64,000 nucleotides of DNA from Candidatus Poriferihabitans sp. (GCA_965220975.1 OZ244855.1:976967-1040966), one strand, 5' to 3'. Positions 1 to 10,294 are shown, counted from the stretch's first letter. Made by a program: numbers and translations. Notes: generated from the letters alone by a model not told the origin.

Positions 1-22
1 TTTGGAGAATTGCTTGCTGCTG

Positions 23-460
23 TCATGATTCTAGTCGACTTTGTCCGATTCCATAGGCAACGATTGCAGCAACAGCCAGAATCCCGGAAATCACATGGAA
101 TCGATTGAAAGGTTCTCGAAAAATAATCAGACCCACTCCGATTGATGTAGTCAGAATCGACAGAAGTGCATACACGATATAACTGGTTGCACCCTGTTGA
201 GTGTAGAGCCAGTAAAAACCAACAAAAGTGATATAGAAACCCAGTCCGCTAATCAGAATGTACCACAAGTTTTCTTGCACGTAGCTCAAGGACGCTGATC
301 CTTTGCTAATGATTGCACTTGTGAAAAACAATGAAGTGCATACGATTAATGTAACGGTCAAAAAGAGAAATGGATTCTCCGAGGTATTTGAACCTCGTTG
401 ACCATACACGAACATTGCGTTTCCAATTGCTGCAACCAGCGCAAAATAAAAGACCTTCAT
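23..460 (-). CDS. Small polytopic membrane protein, DMT/EamA-like half-size transporter (about 145 aa from the MKVFYF start; the ORF track extends to 547)
   Basis: ORF 23..547(-). Four to five hydrophobic helices: VAAIGNAMFVYG, LFLTVTLIVCTSLFF, ILISGLGFYITFVGFYWLY, LSILTTSIGVGLIIF, ISGILAVAAIVAYGI. Family assigned from overall pattern only. Confidence 0.45.
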   Translation of the reverse strand: MKVFYFALVAAIGNAMFVYGQRGSNTSENPFLFLTVTLIVCTSLFFTSAIISKGSASLSYVQENLWYILISGLGFYITFVGFYWLYTQQGATSYIVYALLSILTTSIGVGLIIFREPFNRFHVISGILAVAAIVAYGIGQSRLES

Positions 461-562
461 TGAAGTAATTCGATAGAAAAGACAATCACCGATTATAATG
501 CGGTGGTATGAAAATCCTTGCCAGTTTTCAAACAGGGTTACTGGCATTAACGAGATTTTCGT

Positions 563-1597
563 ATGTCAGTAAAATTGAAGCAGATTGAGTTGGGTAATTT
601 CTCTATGACCGTCCATTTAGAGCCTCTTGAAGGCTCCGAGAATCTTCCGGATACCGAAGTGAATGCCCAAGAGGTATTTGGCATCGATTGCAATTTGATG
701 GTTCCCGCTTTTTCCTGGCGTGACAATCATGTCCCTGAAATCGACCCGTCCTATCGGTTTAATCAAGAGGTGACGCTTGCTCTACTTGCTGGATTTTCCA
801 GCAATCGGCGTGTCATGATTCAGGGTTTTCATGGAACAGGCAAGTCATCCCATATTGAGCAAATTGCCGCTCGCTTGAACTGGCCCTGTGTGAGAGTCAA
901 TCTCGATGGTCACATCAGCCGTCTCGATCTGGTCGGTCGTGATGCCGTAGTATTGCGCGATGGCAAGCAGATTACCGAGTTTCAGGAAGGGATTGTGCCA
1001 TGGGCATTGCAACGCCCGGTTGCCCTGGTTTTCGATGAATTTGATGCCGGTCGGCCAGATGTCATGTTTGTGATACATCGAGTGCTCGAACGGGATGGAA
1101 AACTGACATTGCTTGATCAAAATCGAGTAATTACTCCACACCCGGGGTTTCGACTGTTTGCAACTGCAAACACAATTGGACTCGGCAATTTGACCGGACT
1201 CTACCATGGTACCCAATTACTGAACCAGGCGCAAATTGATCGCTGGAATATCGTAACTACACTCAACTATCTCCCCGAGCAGGAAGAGGCAGCTATCGTA
1301 ACTGGGCAAGTTGCAGAATTCGTTGCCCGCCAAGATGAAGTCCAAAAGATGGTTGCCATGGCTAATTTGTCGAGACAGGGCTTTGCAGCCGGAGATATTT
1401 CGACGGTAATGTCACCTAGAACCGTAATCACATGGGCAGAAAACGCCATTATTCTGAATGATTTTGATACTGCATTTCGCCTTACCTTTCTCAATAAATG
1501 TCATGAAGCAGAACGTTCCATTATCTCGGAGTATTACCAGCGCGTGTTTGGCTATGAAATTGAACATTCAATCGCTATCGATCTAGAAAAGCAGTGA
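563..1597 (+). CDS. cobS: CobS-like AAA+ (MoxR-class) ATPase
   Basis: 344 aa. Walker A is GFHGTGKSS, followed by [31 protein letters not shown]. Walker B is [14 protein letters not shown]. The string matches my memory of aerobic cobaltochelatase CobS homologues. Confidence 0.75.
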   Translation: MSVKLKQIELGNFSMTVHLEPLEGSENLPDTEVNAQEVFGIDCNLMVPAFSWRDNHVPEIDPSYRFNQEVTLALLAGFSSNRRVMIQGFHGTGKSSHIEQIAARLNWPCVRVNLDGHISRLDLVGRDAVVLRDGKQITEFQEGIVPWALQRPVALVFDEFDAGRPDVMFVIHRVLERDGKLTLLDQNRVITPHPGFRLFATANTIGLGNLTGLYHGTQLLNQAQIDRWNIVTTLNYLPEQEEAAIVTGQVAEFVARQDEVQKMVAMANLSRQGFAAGDISTVMSPRTVITWAENAIILNDFDTAFRLTFLNKCHEAERSIISEYYQRVFGYEIEHSIAIDLEKQ

Positions 1598-1610
1598 AGC
1601 AACTCTGAAA

Positions 1611-3320
1611 ATGGATGAAGCGGCCGTCATTCGCCTGGTAGAACATCACGCTGCAGCCACGATTCGGGCATTATCTGGAATTTATCAAGCAGCCTATCGC
1701 CGTCAGTTGGTGTCGATTGATGGTGAGCGCTTGTTTTTCGAGTCTCCATACCTTTTCGCTGACCCGGTTCACCATGAATTGACCCGAAATCGTGGTGCAG
1801 CCGATGCGCTATCGATGCGATTGAGGTATACGGACCAGGCACTTCACCGATCAAACAACCCCGATACGCTAATTGAAAGACTCATTTTCGATATATTGGA
1901 ACAATTGCGGTGTGAGTCTTTGGCTGATTTACGAATGACAGGCCTAATTGAAAACATGAATCAGGCCTTTGCCGCGTGGAGCATGGAATTTCGGAAAAAT
2001 GGGCATGCCGAAACCGAATTCGGACTACTGCTGTTTACCCTAATCCATGTAGTTCGCTCAAGAATACTCAATATTCCGCCTGACCGGGTAGTTGAGGGCT
2101 TGATTGAGTCGATGCGTTTTGAACTCGTCCCGCACATTGGAGCAGACTTGGCAGGTCTCAAGCAGAATCGATCAAATCAGCTCGCCTATGCAAAACATGC
2201 TCGTTCAATTGCTGCCTCTGTTTTGAAGCTTATGGAGTTGTCAGGTTTGCAATTGATCGAAAAGGAAATCGGTGCTCTTCGTGAGAAAAGGTTGTTACCG
2301 CCCGATAGTATCGGTGATGAAAATCTTGCTGAAACTGATTTTGCCGATTCGTTGTATCGAGACACGGAAGAAGACGTTCAGGAATACAGGATCTTTTGTA
2401 TCGAGTATGACCGCACTATCACAGGTGACAAACTTTATCGACTTGAACAAAGAATGAAACTACGCGAACAACTTGATCAACTGATCTCTGCCCAGTCCGT
2501 CAATTTGCCGAAACTTGCTCAACGATTGAAGATCGTATTTGGAACACCGACTCGATCGGGTTGGAATGAAGGAGTGGAAGATGGCCATATTGATGGTCGC
2601 AGAATCAGCCAGCTCATCGCGAATCCTGCCTATTCGAGAGTCTTCAAGCAGGAAAAGATCACTTTGCAAAGCAATGCCGTTGTTTCATTTTTAATCGACA
2701 ACTCTGGTTCTATGCGCCGTCAGAAATACGAAGCTTTAGCAGTACTTGTTGACGTGGTATGTCGAGCTCTTGATATGGCGGGAGTCAAAACAGAAATACT
2801 TGGCTTTTCAACAGGCGGTTGGGCTGGTGGGCAATCAATCAAAATCTGGCGAAGCAGGGGAGCTCCTCAGAACCCTGGTCGTCTAAATGATCGTCTACAC
2901 ATCATTTATAAAGATGCAGAAACAGACTGGAAGCGGGCACGACTGAATATTTCAGCCATGCTCAATCCAGCGCATTTTCGAGAAGGTCTCGATGGTGAGG
3001 CATTGCAATGGGCCTTTATGCGCTTGCGGGAACGGCCTGAGCCTCGCAAATGCTTGGTTTTTATTTCAGATGGAGCACCGATGGAAACTGCAACGAACAA
3101 CCATAATTCCCCATCCTATTTGGACAATCATCTACGCAATGTTGCAAATGCGATAGAACGAACAGGGGTTGTTGAACTAGCAGGAATCGCGACCGCATTT
3201 AGCCTTGATGATTATCTCGCAACATGGACACCAATTGATTTTTCTGGAACTCTGGATACTCGTGCATTTCATGTTCTTGAACGGATATTTGAAATCAATC
3301 GATCTGCCGAGATAAGCTGA
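1611..3320 (+). CDS. cobT: CobT-like protein with C-terminal von Willebrand A (vWA) domain
   Basis: 569 aa, starting 14 nt after cobS. The MIDAS-like motif is SFLIDNSGSM, and FISDGAPME lies near the C-terminus. The size and pairing with CobS are typical. Confidence 0.7.
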   Translation: MDEAAVIRLVEHHAAATIRALSGIYQAAYRRQLVSIDGERLFFESPYLFADPVHHELTRNRGAADALSMRLRYTDQALHRSNNPDTLIERLIFDILEQLRCESLADLRMTGLIENMNQAFAAWSMEFRKNGHAETEFGLLLFTLIHVVRSRILNIPPDRVVEGLIESMRFELVPHIGADLAGLKQNRSNQLAYAKHARSIAASVLKLMELSGLQLIEKEIGALREKRLLPPDSIGDENLAETDFADSLYRDTEEDVQEYRIFCIEYDRTITGDKLYRLEQRMKLREQLDQLISAQSVNLPKLAQRLKIVFGTPTRSGWNEGVEDGHIDGRRISQLIANPAYSRVFKQEKITLQSNAVVSFLIDNSGSMRRQKYEALAVLVDVVCRALDMAGVKTEILGFSTGGWAGGQSIKIWRSRGAPQNPGRLNDRLHIIYKDAETDWKRARLNISAMLNPAHFREGLDGEALQWAFMRLRERPEPRKCLVFISDGAPMETATNNHNSPSYLDNHLRNVANAIERTGVVELAGIATAFSLDDYLATWTPIDFSGTLDTRAFHVLERIFEINRSAEIS

Positions 3321-3323
3321 CTC

Positions 3324-3930
3324 TTACCCGTCTTGAAAAACCAGAAAACCGACGATTTCCTTGAAAGCCAATACAACATTGTTGCCGCAAAGACTGATTT
3401 TGAACAAGTGCTGATAAATTGAACCAAACATAGCCAGATTTGGCGATCCAAGTGCCCATAATTCTTGCAGCACCGATGCGGTAAACGGAAAAACGAGGTC
3501 TTTGACTTGTTTCTTATATACCAGAATTATTCCCCAGTCATGGTGTATTTGATGATGGTTATTGGCAACGCTGCAATCGCGCATCATATGGTTTTGTTGC
3601 CGAACCGTTCAACGATACGAGCGTGAATGTAGCCATAATTGGAGACCCCCTTTTACCTTCGGTCTCGATCCTGGATATCATCCATAGCATAAAGAACCTG
3701 ATACAAGCTGTTCATGAATCGCCTATATTGGCTTCCGCCTTTGTGTCATGCATCCCTGAATGCAAAATTGAATATCGATAAACGCATCGCTGATGACCGG
3801 AGCACATTATTTCAATTGTTGCGGATTTCGAGCAAAACAATTCAACGGGATGTTCGTTATCAATCCACTTGTTGATGTAATGGAACATTATAATTGCGTG
3901 CAATTTTGGTCTCTGACTAGTGCTAATCAA
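3324..3930 (-). pseudogene. Possible degraded fatty-acid hydroxylase/desaturase-like gene (broken His-box protein)
   Basis: Two minus-strand ORF pieces (3712..3930 and 3324..3587) are separated by stops and frame changes. The downstream piece has NNHHQIHH, an HxxHH-like box. The resemblance to the intact FA-hydroxylase gene at 61240..62046 is weak. Confidence 0.25.
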
Positions 3931-4142
3931 CTTATTTGCGAACCTTGCGGTAATTGGATGCTTTCAATGGCCTTGTGAAACACGTTCAAAAAACCATGAT
4001 TGGACTCATCTTGATTCGCTTACAATCTTTCATGGCTAAAATCCAGTTACGGAGCTGTGATCGCCCAGATCGGTGATTTGACTGATTCACTTGAATGGCT
4101 GATAAACTGAACTCCCTGTATCATTCATTATAGATCGCAGAC

Positions 4143-4766
4143 ATGACTAGACCTAATCTTCTATTGCTACGTTTTGCCACTCTCAATATTCTGGCGCTGT
4201 CCTTGGTTATTGTTGGTGCAATGGAAGGATGGATCAATCAGATTATTGAAACCGATGTAACCCGAATTAGCATTCTGATAGGGATAATGTTCATCATCGG
4301 GTGGGCAATATGTGCATATCGCATATATCAATGTGCTGAGGAAATGAGACAACTGTCGGCAAGCAATCTCGATTCATCCGAGATATATCAGAAATATTTT
4401 GAGATGATGAAAAACACCTCAGCCGATGCAAAAATGACCGTTTCTGAATGTCTGCGTTCCAGACTCTATTCAAGAATTAGTATAGTGCGCTTGATCGCAA
4501 ATAACCTGGTCATTTTCGGACTGATCGGCACCGTTATTGGCTTTGTTATTGCTCTCTCTGGAGTGGATGCTAAAAAGGTCGCTGATACCGCATCAATTGG
4601 CCCCATGATTACAACTCTAATCCAAGGCATGTCTGTTGCACTGTATACCACTCTGGTGGGGGCAATTCTGCATGTATGGTTAATCGTATGTTATCAGATT
4701 TTGGCTGTGGGCACAGTTAGTCTCGTGAACGCAATTATTGAATTCACCCATGTTCCTTCAGAATAG
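4143..4766 (+). CDS. MotA/TolQ/ExbB-family proton-channel protein (small, 3 TM)
   Basis: 207 aa. The C-terminal signature is NNLVIFGLIGTVIGFVIAL ... GMSVALYTTLVGAILHVW. This matches the conserved MotA_ExbB pattern (GLxGTVxG ... AL.TT..GL). Confidence 0.7.
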   Translation: MTRPNLLLLRFATLNILALSLVIVGAMEGWINQIIETDVTRISILIGIMFIIGWAICAYRIYQCAEEMRQLSASNLDSSEIYQKYFEMMKNTSADAKMTVSECLRSRLYSRISIVRLIANNLVIFGLIGTVIGFVIALSGVDAKKVADTASIGPMITTLIQGMSVALYTTLVGAILHVWLIVCYQILAVGTVSLVNAIIEFTHVPSE

Positions 4767-4792
4767 AAACAAGCGCAAAGCAACTCCCGGCA

Positions 4793-5410
4793 ATGCTAAA
4801 TCCTTACGATGACCCCACCAACCCTGGGGATACATTGTTTCGAGATGTTCTCAGTCTCGCCCTGCTTGGATTTCTTGCGGTCATTGTATTGTTGCTTCCC
4901 CACTTGGTAGTTGAGCAAGATGACAAATCTGCTGTTCTAGAGGCCGATGGCGATCTGGTGGTTCAATTGACATGGCCGTCGGAAATGAACGCTGATATGG
5001 ATCTCTGGGTTCAAGCCCCCGGAGATATAGCCGTTGGTTATTCCAGCAAAGGCGGAAAAGTCTTCAATCTATTACGTGATGACCTCGGCAGCAAGTTTGA
5101 CTTATCCAGCGTTAACCATGAAAGTGCATACAGCAGGGGATTTGCCCGAGGCGAGTATGTGGTCAATGTCCACGCCTATCGAATTGACCCAAAATATCCG
5201 CCTCCCTTTACGGTTGAAGTTCTAGTCACTACAAAAATCACAAAAGATGATCAAGCCCAAGTCAAGCCAATCGTATTTACACGGACACTAATCACTCGAC
5301 AGGGTCAAGAAATAACAGCAGCCCGTTTTCGCCTGAAAGGAAATGGGGAGATGATCGAAAACAGCATGCATAGCTTGTTCAAACCGCTTCGTCAAACAGG
5401 CGTGAAGTAA
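4793..5410 (+). CDS. Single-pass membrane protein, ExbD/TolR-like N-terminal anchor plus extracytoplasmic beta-rich domain
   Basis: 205 aa. The N-terminus FRDVLSLALLGFLAVIVLLLPHLV has an Asp at the cytoplasmic edge of the TM, as in ExbD/TolR/MotB. It is followed by DLVVQLTWPSEMNADMDLWVQAPGD. Starts 27 nt after the MotA-like gene. Confidence 0.45.
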   Translation: MLNPYDDPTNPGDTLFRDVLSLALLGFLAVIVLLLPHLVVEQDDKSAVLEADGDLVVQLTWPSEMNADMDLWVQAPGDIAVGYSSKGGKVFNLLRDDLGSKFDLSSVNHESAYSRGFARGEYVVNVHAYRIDPKYPPPFTVEVLVTTKITKDDQAQVKPIVFTRTLITRQGQEITAARFRLKGNGEMIENSMHSLFKPLRQTGVK

Positions 5411-5415
5411 AACGA

Positions 5416-5928
5416 ATGGAAAACATTCCGATACTCTACCTGTTGCACATATGCTTGGCTGGACTACTCGTTGCCATTGCGATCTGGGCAAGGCGCTCAA
5501 TTGGACCTAGAGTTGCATCGATTGCATTACTGTTTGCATTCGTGTTGGTCGGATATGTTTCTCTGGTGAGTTTGTTGGGGCGACCTCAACCGATTGAGTA
5601 TGCATCTTTTGAAGATTCTGAAGAACATGCAACGGTCATTGCAGCAAGTATTGAAGAAGGCAACGCGATATATCTATGGCTTCGTGTTCCGGGAACCAGC
5701 CAACCCCGATACTATCGCATGGATTGGGATCATGAGGTTGCAACATCGCTGAAGCGAGCCATTGATCAGTCCTTGCGTAACAATACTTCAATCCAGTTGG
5801 AACTGGAATATGAGTCTTCTCTTGAAACTCGTCAAATGCCTCAGTTTTACAATTTGCCACAACCACGTCTCCCCGTGAAACCGCCACCAGAAGTATTCGA
5901 ATACCGAAACCCTGACAGCCCCATATGA
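5416..5928 (+). CDS. Two-TM membrane protein with soluble C-terminal domain, unknown function
   Basis: 170 aa, starting 6 nt after the previous stop. TM segments are ILYLLHICLAGLLVAIAIWA and VASIALLFAFVLVGYVSLVSLL. No motif recognised. Confidence 0.4.
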   Translation: MENIPILYLLHICLAGLLVAIAIWARRSIGPRVASIALLFAFVLVGYVSLVSLLGRPQPIEYASFEDSEEHATVIAASIEEGNAIYLWLRVPGTSQPRYYRMDWDHEVATSLKRAIDQSLRNNTSIQLELEYESSLETRQMPQFYNLPQPRLPVKPPPEVFEYRNPDSPI

Positions 5929-6007
5929 TTCTCCACAATCAAGGCATGAATGAAGAATGCTTTTGCTTGTCGGGCATTTTTCCATCTCTTGGTGACGGCA
6001 ATTACCT

Positions 6008-6910
6008 TTGAACGCTTTTCGCTCTAACATCACCGCAATGCCCGATTTGATACGGGGGATCTTGTGGATGATCTTTTCTGGATTCATATTTGTACTTGTT
6101 GGTGTACTGATCAAGTTGATGGAATCCGGATTACCGGCTATTCAAAGCGCATTTCTTCGCTATGTGTTCGGTTTGATCATTATTCTTCCCCTGTACCGAA
6201 GGTTTCACTGGAATAGCTTAACAAGACCGATTCTGGGTCTTTATTCGCTACGAGCCATGTTCCATGGATTCGCAGTGATGTTGTGGTTTTTTGCGATGGC
6301 AACCATTCCGCTGGCTGAGGTTACAGCGATTGCCTACAGCCTGCCGATTTATACTACAATCGGTGCGGCGCTGGTGTTCAAGGAGAAAATACGCATTCGA
6401 AGAGTCATGGCAGTAGTTATCGGATTTGCTGGAACATTAATTATTCTCCGTCCGGGTTTGGTGGAAATTTCATTAGGCTCACTGGCACAAGTTGCAGCTG
6501 CAATCGGTTTTGCTGGCTCGTTTCTGATTGCGAAAAAGCTGGTTTCTGCAGAAACTCCGACCAATATCCTGTTCATGTTGACGGCAGGATGCGGACTTGC
6601 ATTAATGCCTGCTGCACTAGCAGTTTGGGTTACTCCATCTTTGATCGATACAATCATTCTGGTTAGCATCGCGTCTCTGGCAACTCTTGGTCATCATGCA
6701 ATAACGAAAGCCCTGATTGCAGCCCCGCTTACGGCAACTCAGCCGTTTATATTTGTCCAGATGATCTGGGCAATTGGGTTTGGCTATATCCTGTTCAATG
6801 AAACGCCAGATGTATGGGTTGTTGTTGGCGCATTTATCATCATCGCCTCAACCACCTATCTCGCTCATCGAGAAATTGTAGCGCAGAAAAAATATGCACT
6901 TCATGAATGA
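6008..6910 (+). CDS. EamA/RhaT-type DMT-superfamily transporter (10 TM)
   Basis: 300 aa with two repeated five-TM halves, typical of EamA. The track start at 6008 is TTG; an alternative ATG lies at 6038. Confidence 0.65.
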   Translation: MNAFRSNITAMPDLIRGILWMIFSGFIFVLVGVLIKLMESGLPAIQSAFLRYVFGLIIILPLYRRFHWNSLTRPILGLYSLRAMFHGFAVMLWFFAMATIPLAEVTAIAYSLPIYTTIGAALVFKEKIRIRRVMAVVIGFAGTLIILRPGLVEISLGSLAQVAAAIGFAGSFLIAKKLVSAETPTNILFMLTAGCGLALMPAALAVWVTPSLIDTIILVSIASLATLGHHAITKALIAAPLTATQPFIFVQMIWAIGFGYILFNETPDVWVVVGAFIIIASTTYLAHREIVAQKKYALHE

Positions 6911-8071
6911 AGGGTGATCAATCGAAGTTAAATTTGCTGTTGGAGGGGTCCTTGAGAATGTATTTCTCATCGGTCTGGCGAGAATCGAAACCATCTTGTT
7001 CTGTTGCTGGAGGCTAACCGGATACCGATTGCTTTTCACCGCCTCGGAATCCAATTAATGTCCGAGCCTGACAGAGTGTCATTAGTTACCTTTACTGTTT
7101 ACATCATGGGTTGACCGATCAATGACAATATGACACTTGCAGTAATTTGCAGTGATCAAGCGCAGATATTTTCGAATTTCGAGTACTCAGACAGCATTGA
7201 ACAAAGTCTGCTTCAAATAACGATCACTTAAAGTAGTCTCTCTTATTTTTTTATGCTCTTCCTGCACTGAGACTGGATAAATTTTGAGTTGTTCATGACT
7301 CCCTCGCCAGGCAAGGATCATTTGATTGGTTGAAACAATGCTGGAAACCGACCGTTCGGACTTTGCCTGAGTCAAGCTGCCGATACCTGCTAATTTTCGC
7401 TGGAGAGGAAGCGAATATGGCGGACGATGATGCCGAATGTCGTGATTCGGATTTGCAATCAATGCACTGTCGGTAGCAAGTCTGCCCATCGCCGATCACC
7501 GGCAGTTAATTGTCTCCCTCAGACTCGCTCATCGCTTACGGCTAGTCTTAATCTCAATTCAAACTGCAAAAAGAACCATGCCTGATGTTGACCCTACGCG
7601 GATTCCGGGTGATACTCAACCAGTCCATCTTGAAAGACAACTCGGATTGTCACTTGGAGAAATCAAGCAATTGTCCATAATCAAGTTCATGCTATCTTTT
7701 ATCTGGCATGTACTTGCAAAACCGTTGAAAATTAATGATTTGGAAGTGGGTCCAAGGTTGCTTATTTATGGGTTTGGTCATGTATAAATTGTCGATGCAT
7801 CAATATTTCCTTCCCCGTTTCAAAAATATCAACGCGACACCAAACGTGGCCGGTGAAAAACTCTGATCTTTTACTCCAGATATACCTTGAACACCAGTAT
7901 TCGAAAAATACTTCACTTCAGTGGTATGGTAATATATAAACTTAAAAGTATCGAAATTGACGATGACTAGTTAGGTATGCATTCATTGCACGAATGACTG
8001 ATGATCAATGGAAAAACAGTAAATATGCCTATGAATTTTTCTGCTTCAATCTTGAAGATCGCTGTCAAAGC

Positions 8072-9046
8072 ATGATCGCAAAAATCGAATTTACACAGGA
8101 GCGTGTCGTAATTGCGGTCTCCGCAGCGTTATTCATTCTGTTTTCCCTCTCGCTGAGCGGTTTCTTTTCTGTCTCAAATCTGATCGGACTCATTCGCAAC
8201 ATTGCCATTTTGGGAATTCTTGGTGTTGGCATGGGTATCGTCATCATCGGACGCGGGATTGATTTGTCGATAGTGTCGATTTTGGCAATATCTGCTGCAT
8301 TCTTCATCGAAGTGTTACACGCCGGAATTCCATTGACGGGAAGTCTCTTTATCGCACTATGCTTCGTTCTGTTGATCGGCATTGTCAATGGAGTACTGAT
8401 TGCCTATGGGGAAATCCCGCCAATATTCGCAACACTGGCTATGGGGCTATTTGTTTATGGTTATGGACGCTCTCAGATTATGAGTGCCGATGTTGCTTAT
8501 GTGCCAGATGAATATGCTGATTTGCTCGACCTTGGAACAGTCAAGCCGCTAGGCATACCAATTGAGGTCTATATTTTTGCCGCAGTTTGCATCCTTGCCT
8601 GGTTCTTCTTGCGAAAAACCAAATATGGACAATACACATATTACATTGGCGACAATTACGAAGCAGCTCGAAATATTGGCATACCAGTTCGTCCGATGAT
8701 TGTATTGCAGTATGTCTTATCCGCGCTATTCGCCGCGATAGCGGGGGCCATTGTCGCAGGTACTATACTCAGCATTAATACCAGAATTGTGAATTCAACG
8801 CTACTTTACGATGTGATTCTGATTGTTGTCTTGGGCGGGATCGGATTGAGCGGCGGCAAAGGCGGTGTATCGAATGTTATTTTCGGGGCCTTGCTAATTG
8901 GCGTTCTGGTCAATGGCATGACGATCATGGATTTGGAACAGACTCATCAAAACCTGATTAAGGCGCTAATCTTGTTGATCGTTGTCATTCTTGATACTGT
9001 GTTTAACCAACGCAATGAGCAAACCGAAAAGCAGGGTGATATCTAG
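8072..9046 (+). CDS. Sugar ABC transporter permease (RbsC/AraH type)
   Basis: ORF 7994..9046; the likely start is MIAKIEF at 8072. Polytopic, with IGRGIDLSIVSILAISA and VVLGGIGLSGGKGGV motifs typical of ribose-family permeases. Confidence 0.75.
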   Translation: MIAKIEFTQERVVIAVSAALFILFSLSLSGFFSVSNLIGLIRNIAILGILGVGMGIVIIGRGIDLSIVSILAISAAFFIEVLHAGIPLTGSLFIALCFVLLIGIVNGVLIAYGEIPPIFATLAMGLFVYGYGRSQIMSADVAYVPDEYADLLDLGTVKPLGIPIEVYIFAAVCILAWFFLRKTKYGQYTYYIGDNYEAARNIGIPVRPMIVLQYVLSALFAAIAGAIVAGTILSINTRIVNSTLLYDVILIVVLGGIGLSGGKGGVSNVIFGALLIGVLVNGMTIMDLEQTHQNLIKALILLIVVILDTVFNQRNEQTEKQGDI

Positions 9047-9095
9047 TACTCCCATTAAAATATATTTAACTAAAATAAGTAACTAGGAGAATATT

Positions 9096-10118
9096 ATGAA
9101 ATTATTTGTCAATAAAATTGTCAGGATTGTTGTCGTCTCGATGATGGTTGCAAGCCCTTTGATGGTTGTTGCACAGGAAGATCCTGGGCCTGAGATAGCC
9201 AAAAAGGCTCTGGAAGGCAAGCGCGTCGTATTAATGCCTATGGCAATGGGTTTTGACCTTGCACAAGGCTGGGCTCACTACATTGGTAGAGAGGTACGCT
9301 ACTGGGGAGGAATCTTTGAGACTCGTGATCCGAATTGGAGCGTTGAAGCCGGCTCCCAGGCGCTGACTGACGTTATTGCAAGCAGGCCAGATGTAATTAT
9401 TGTACACAACCCTGATCTTCGCTCTTACGTTAAACTGTTCAAACGGGCTCAGGAAGCTGGTATTTATGTCATACAGATCGATAACCGAAGTGCTTTTAAC
9501 ACTGATGCCTTTATCGGGAGTAACTGGGAGAAACTCGGTGAGTTGGAAGCAACGGCAGCCTTGCGTTTCTGTGGTGAAGGAACATCCGGAAAAATTGGGT
9601 TGATTCAGGGAGAACAGGTCAATGCTTCAAGCATCGATCAATACAATGGAATCATGAATATCATCGACGCGAATGATTCTGTTGAGGTTGTGTCAAAGCC
9701 CTATTCGGGATGGGATGCAACCAAAGCCCAGGAGGTCACAACGACGATGTTGCAACAACATCCCGATTTGTGTGCAATTATTGACTTTTGGGATGGTACT
9801 GCTGTTGGAACAGCTGCAGCAATTCGAGCTGCCGGAAAAACAGGTCAGGTGAGATTGATTACAACTGGTGGGGGTGAAGAAGTTGCCTGCAAAATGCTCA
9901 ATGAAGGCACAATTGATGCAATTGTCTCAACTGAAATCCCCAAGCAGTCTCAAGCGATAAACGCCACCATCAAAACCCTGTTGCAAAGTGGCATGCCAGC
10001 CGGAACTATGCAACTGTTTCTATACACGCATGAAGTGGTCACTACCAAGGATGACATTTATCCGGGTTTCTGCTGGAGTCTCGAGAAAAACGCGGCTGAT
10101 ACTCGCGATAATCTTTAA
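9096..10118 (+). CDS. Sugar ABC transporter periplasmic substrate-binding protein (RbsB-like, type I PBP)
   Basis: 340 aa. Signal peptide is MKLFVNKIVRIVVVSMMVASPLMVVAQE. AGGAG lies 7 nt upstream of the ATG. Confidence 0.75.
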   Translation: MKLFVNKIVRIVVVSMMVASPLMVVAQEDPGPEIAKKALEGKRVVLMPMAMGFDLAQGWAHYIGREVRYWGGIFETRDPNWSVEAGSQALTDVIASRPDVIIVHNPDLRSYVKLFKRAQEAGIYVIQIDNRSAFNTDAFIGSNWEKLGELEATAALRFCGEGTSGKIGLIQGEQVNASSIDQYNGIMNIIDANDSVEVVSKPYSGWDATKAQEVTTTMLQQHPDLCAIIDFWDGTAVGTAAAIRAAGKTGQVRLITTGGGEEVACKMLNEGTIDAIVSTEIPKQSQAINATIKTLLQSGMPAGTMQLFLYTHEVVTTKDDIYPGFCWSLEKNAADTRDNL

Positions 10119-10131
10119 TATCAGATCATCA

Positions 10132-10162
10132 CAGTGCCCGGTTTTGTCAAAATCGGGCACTG
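10132..10162 (+). promoter_or_regulatory. Intercistronic stem-loop after the binding-protein gene
   Basis: Perfect 9-bp stem CAGTGCCCG (10132..10140) / CGGGCACTG (10154..10162) with a 13-nt loop, and no U-tail. It lies between the SBP stop (10116..10118) and the next permease. Confidence 0.5.
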
Positions 10163-10294
10163 TTAGATCCAGACCATGCGCATACCGCGACTTCCCGAAT
10201 AGGAGCGGTTGAATGGCACACATGGATTTATGCGAATCCGGTTCATAATTCGATTGCGTCCATCTGAATCACGCCTACAAAATCACGATTGATC

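Noticed and set aside
563-3320. cobS/cobT might be read as evidence that the organism synthesises cobalamin.
   Set aside because: No cobN or other cob/cbi genes occur in the window, and orphan cobST pairs are common in non-producers. This cannot be decided from these data.
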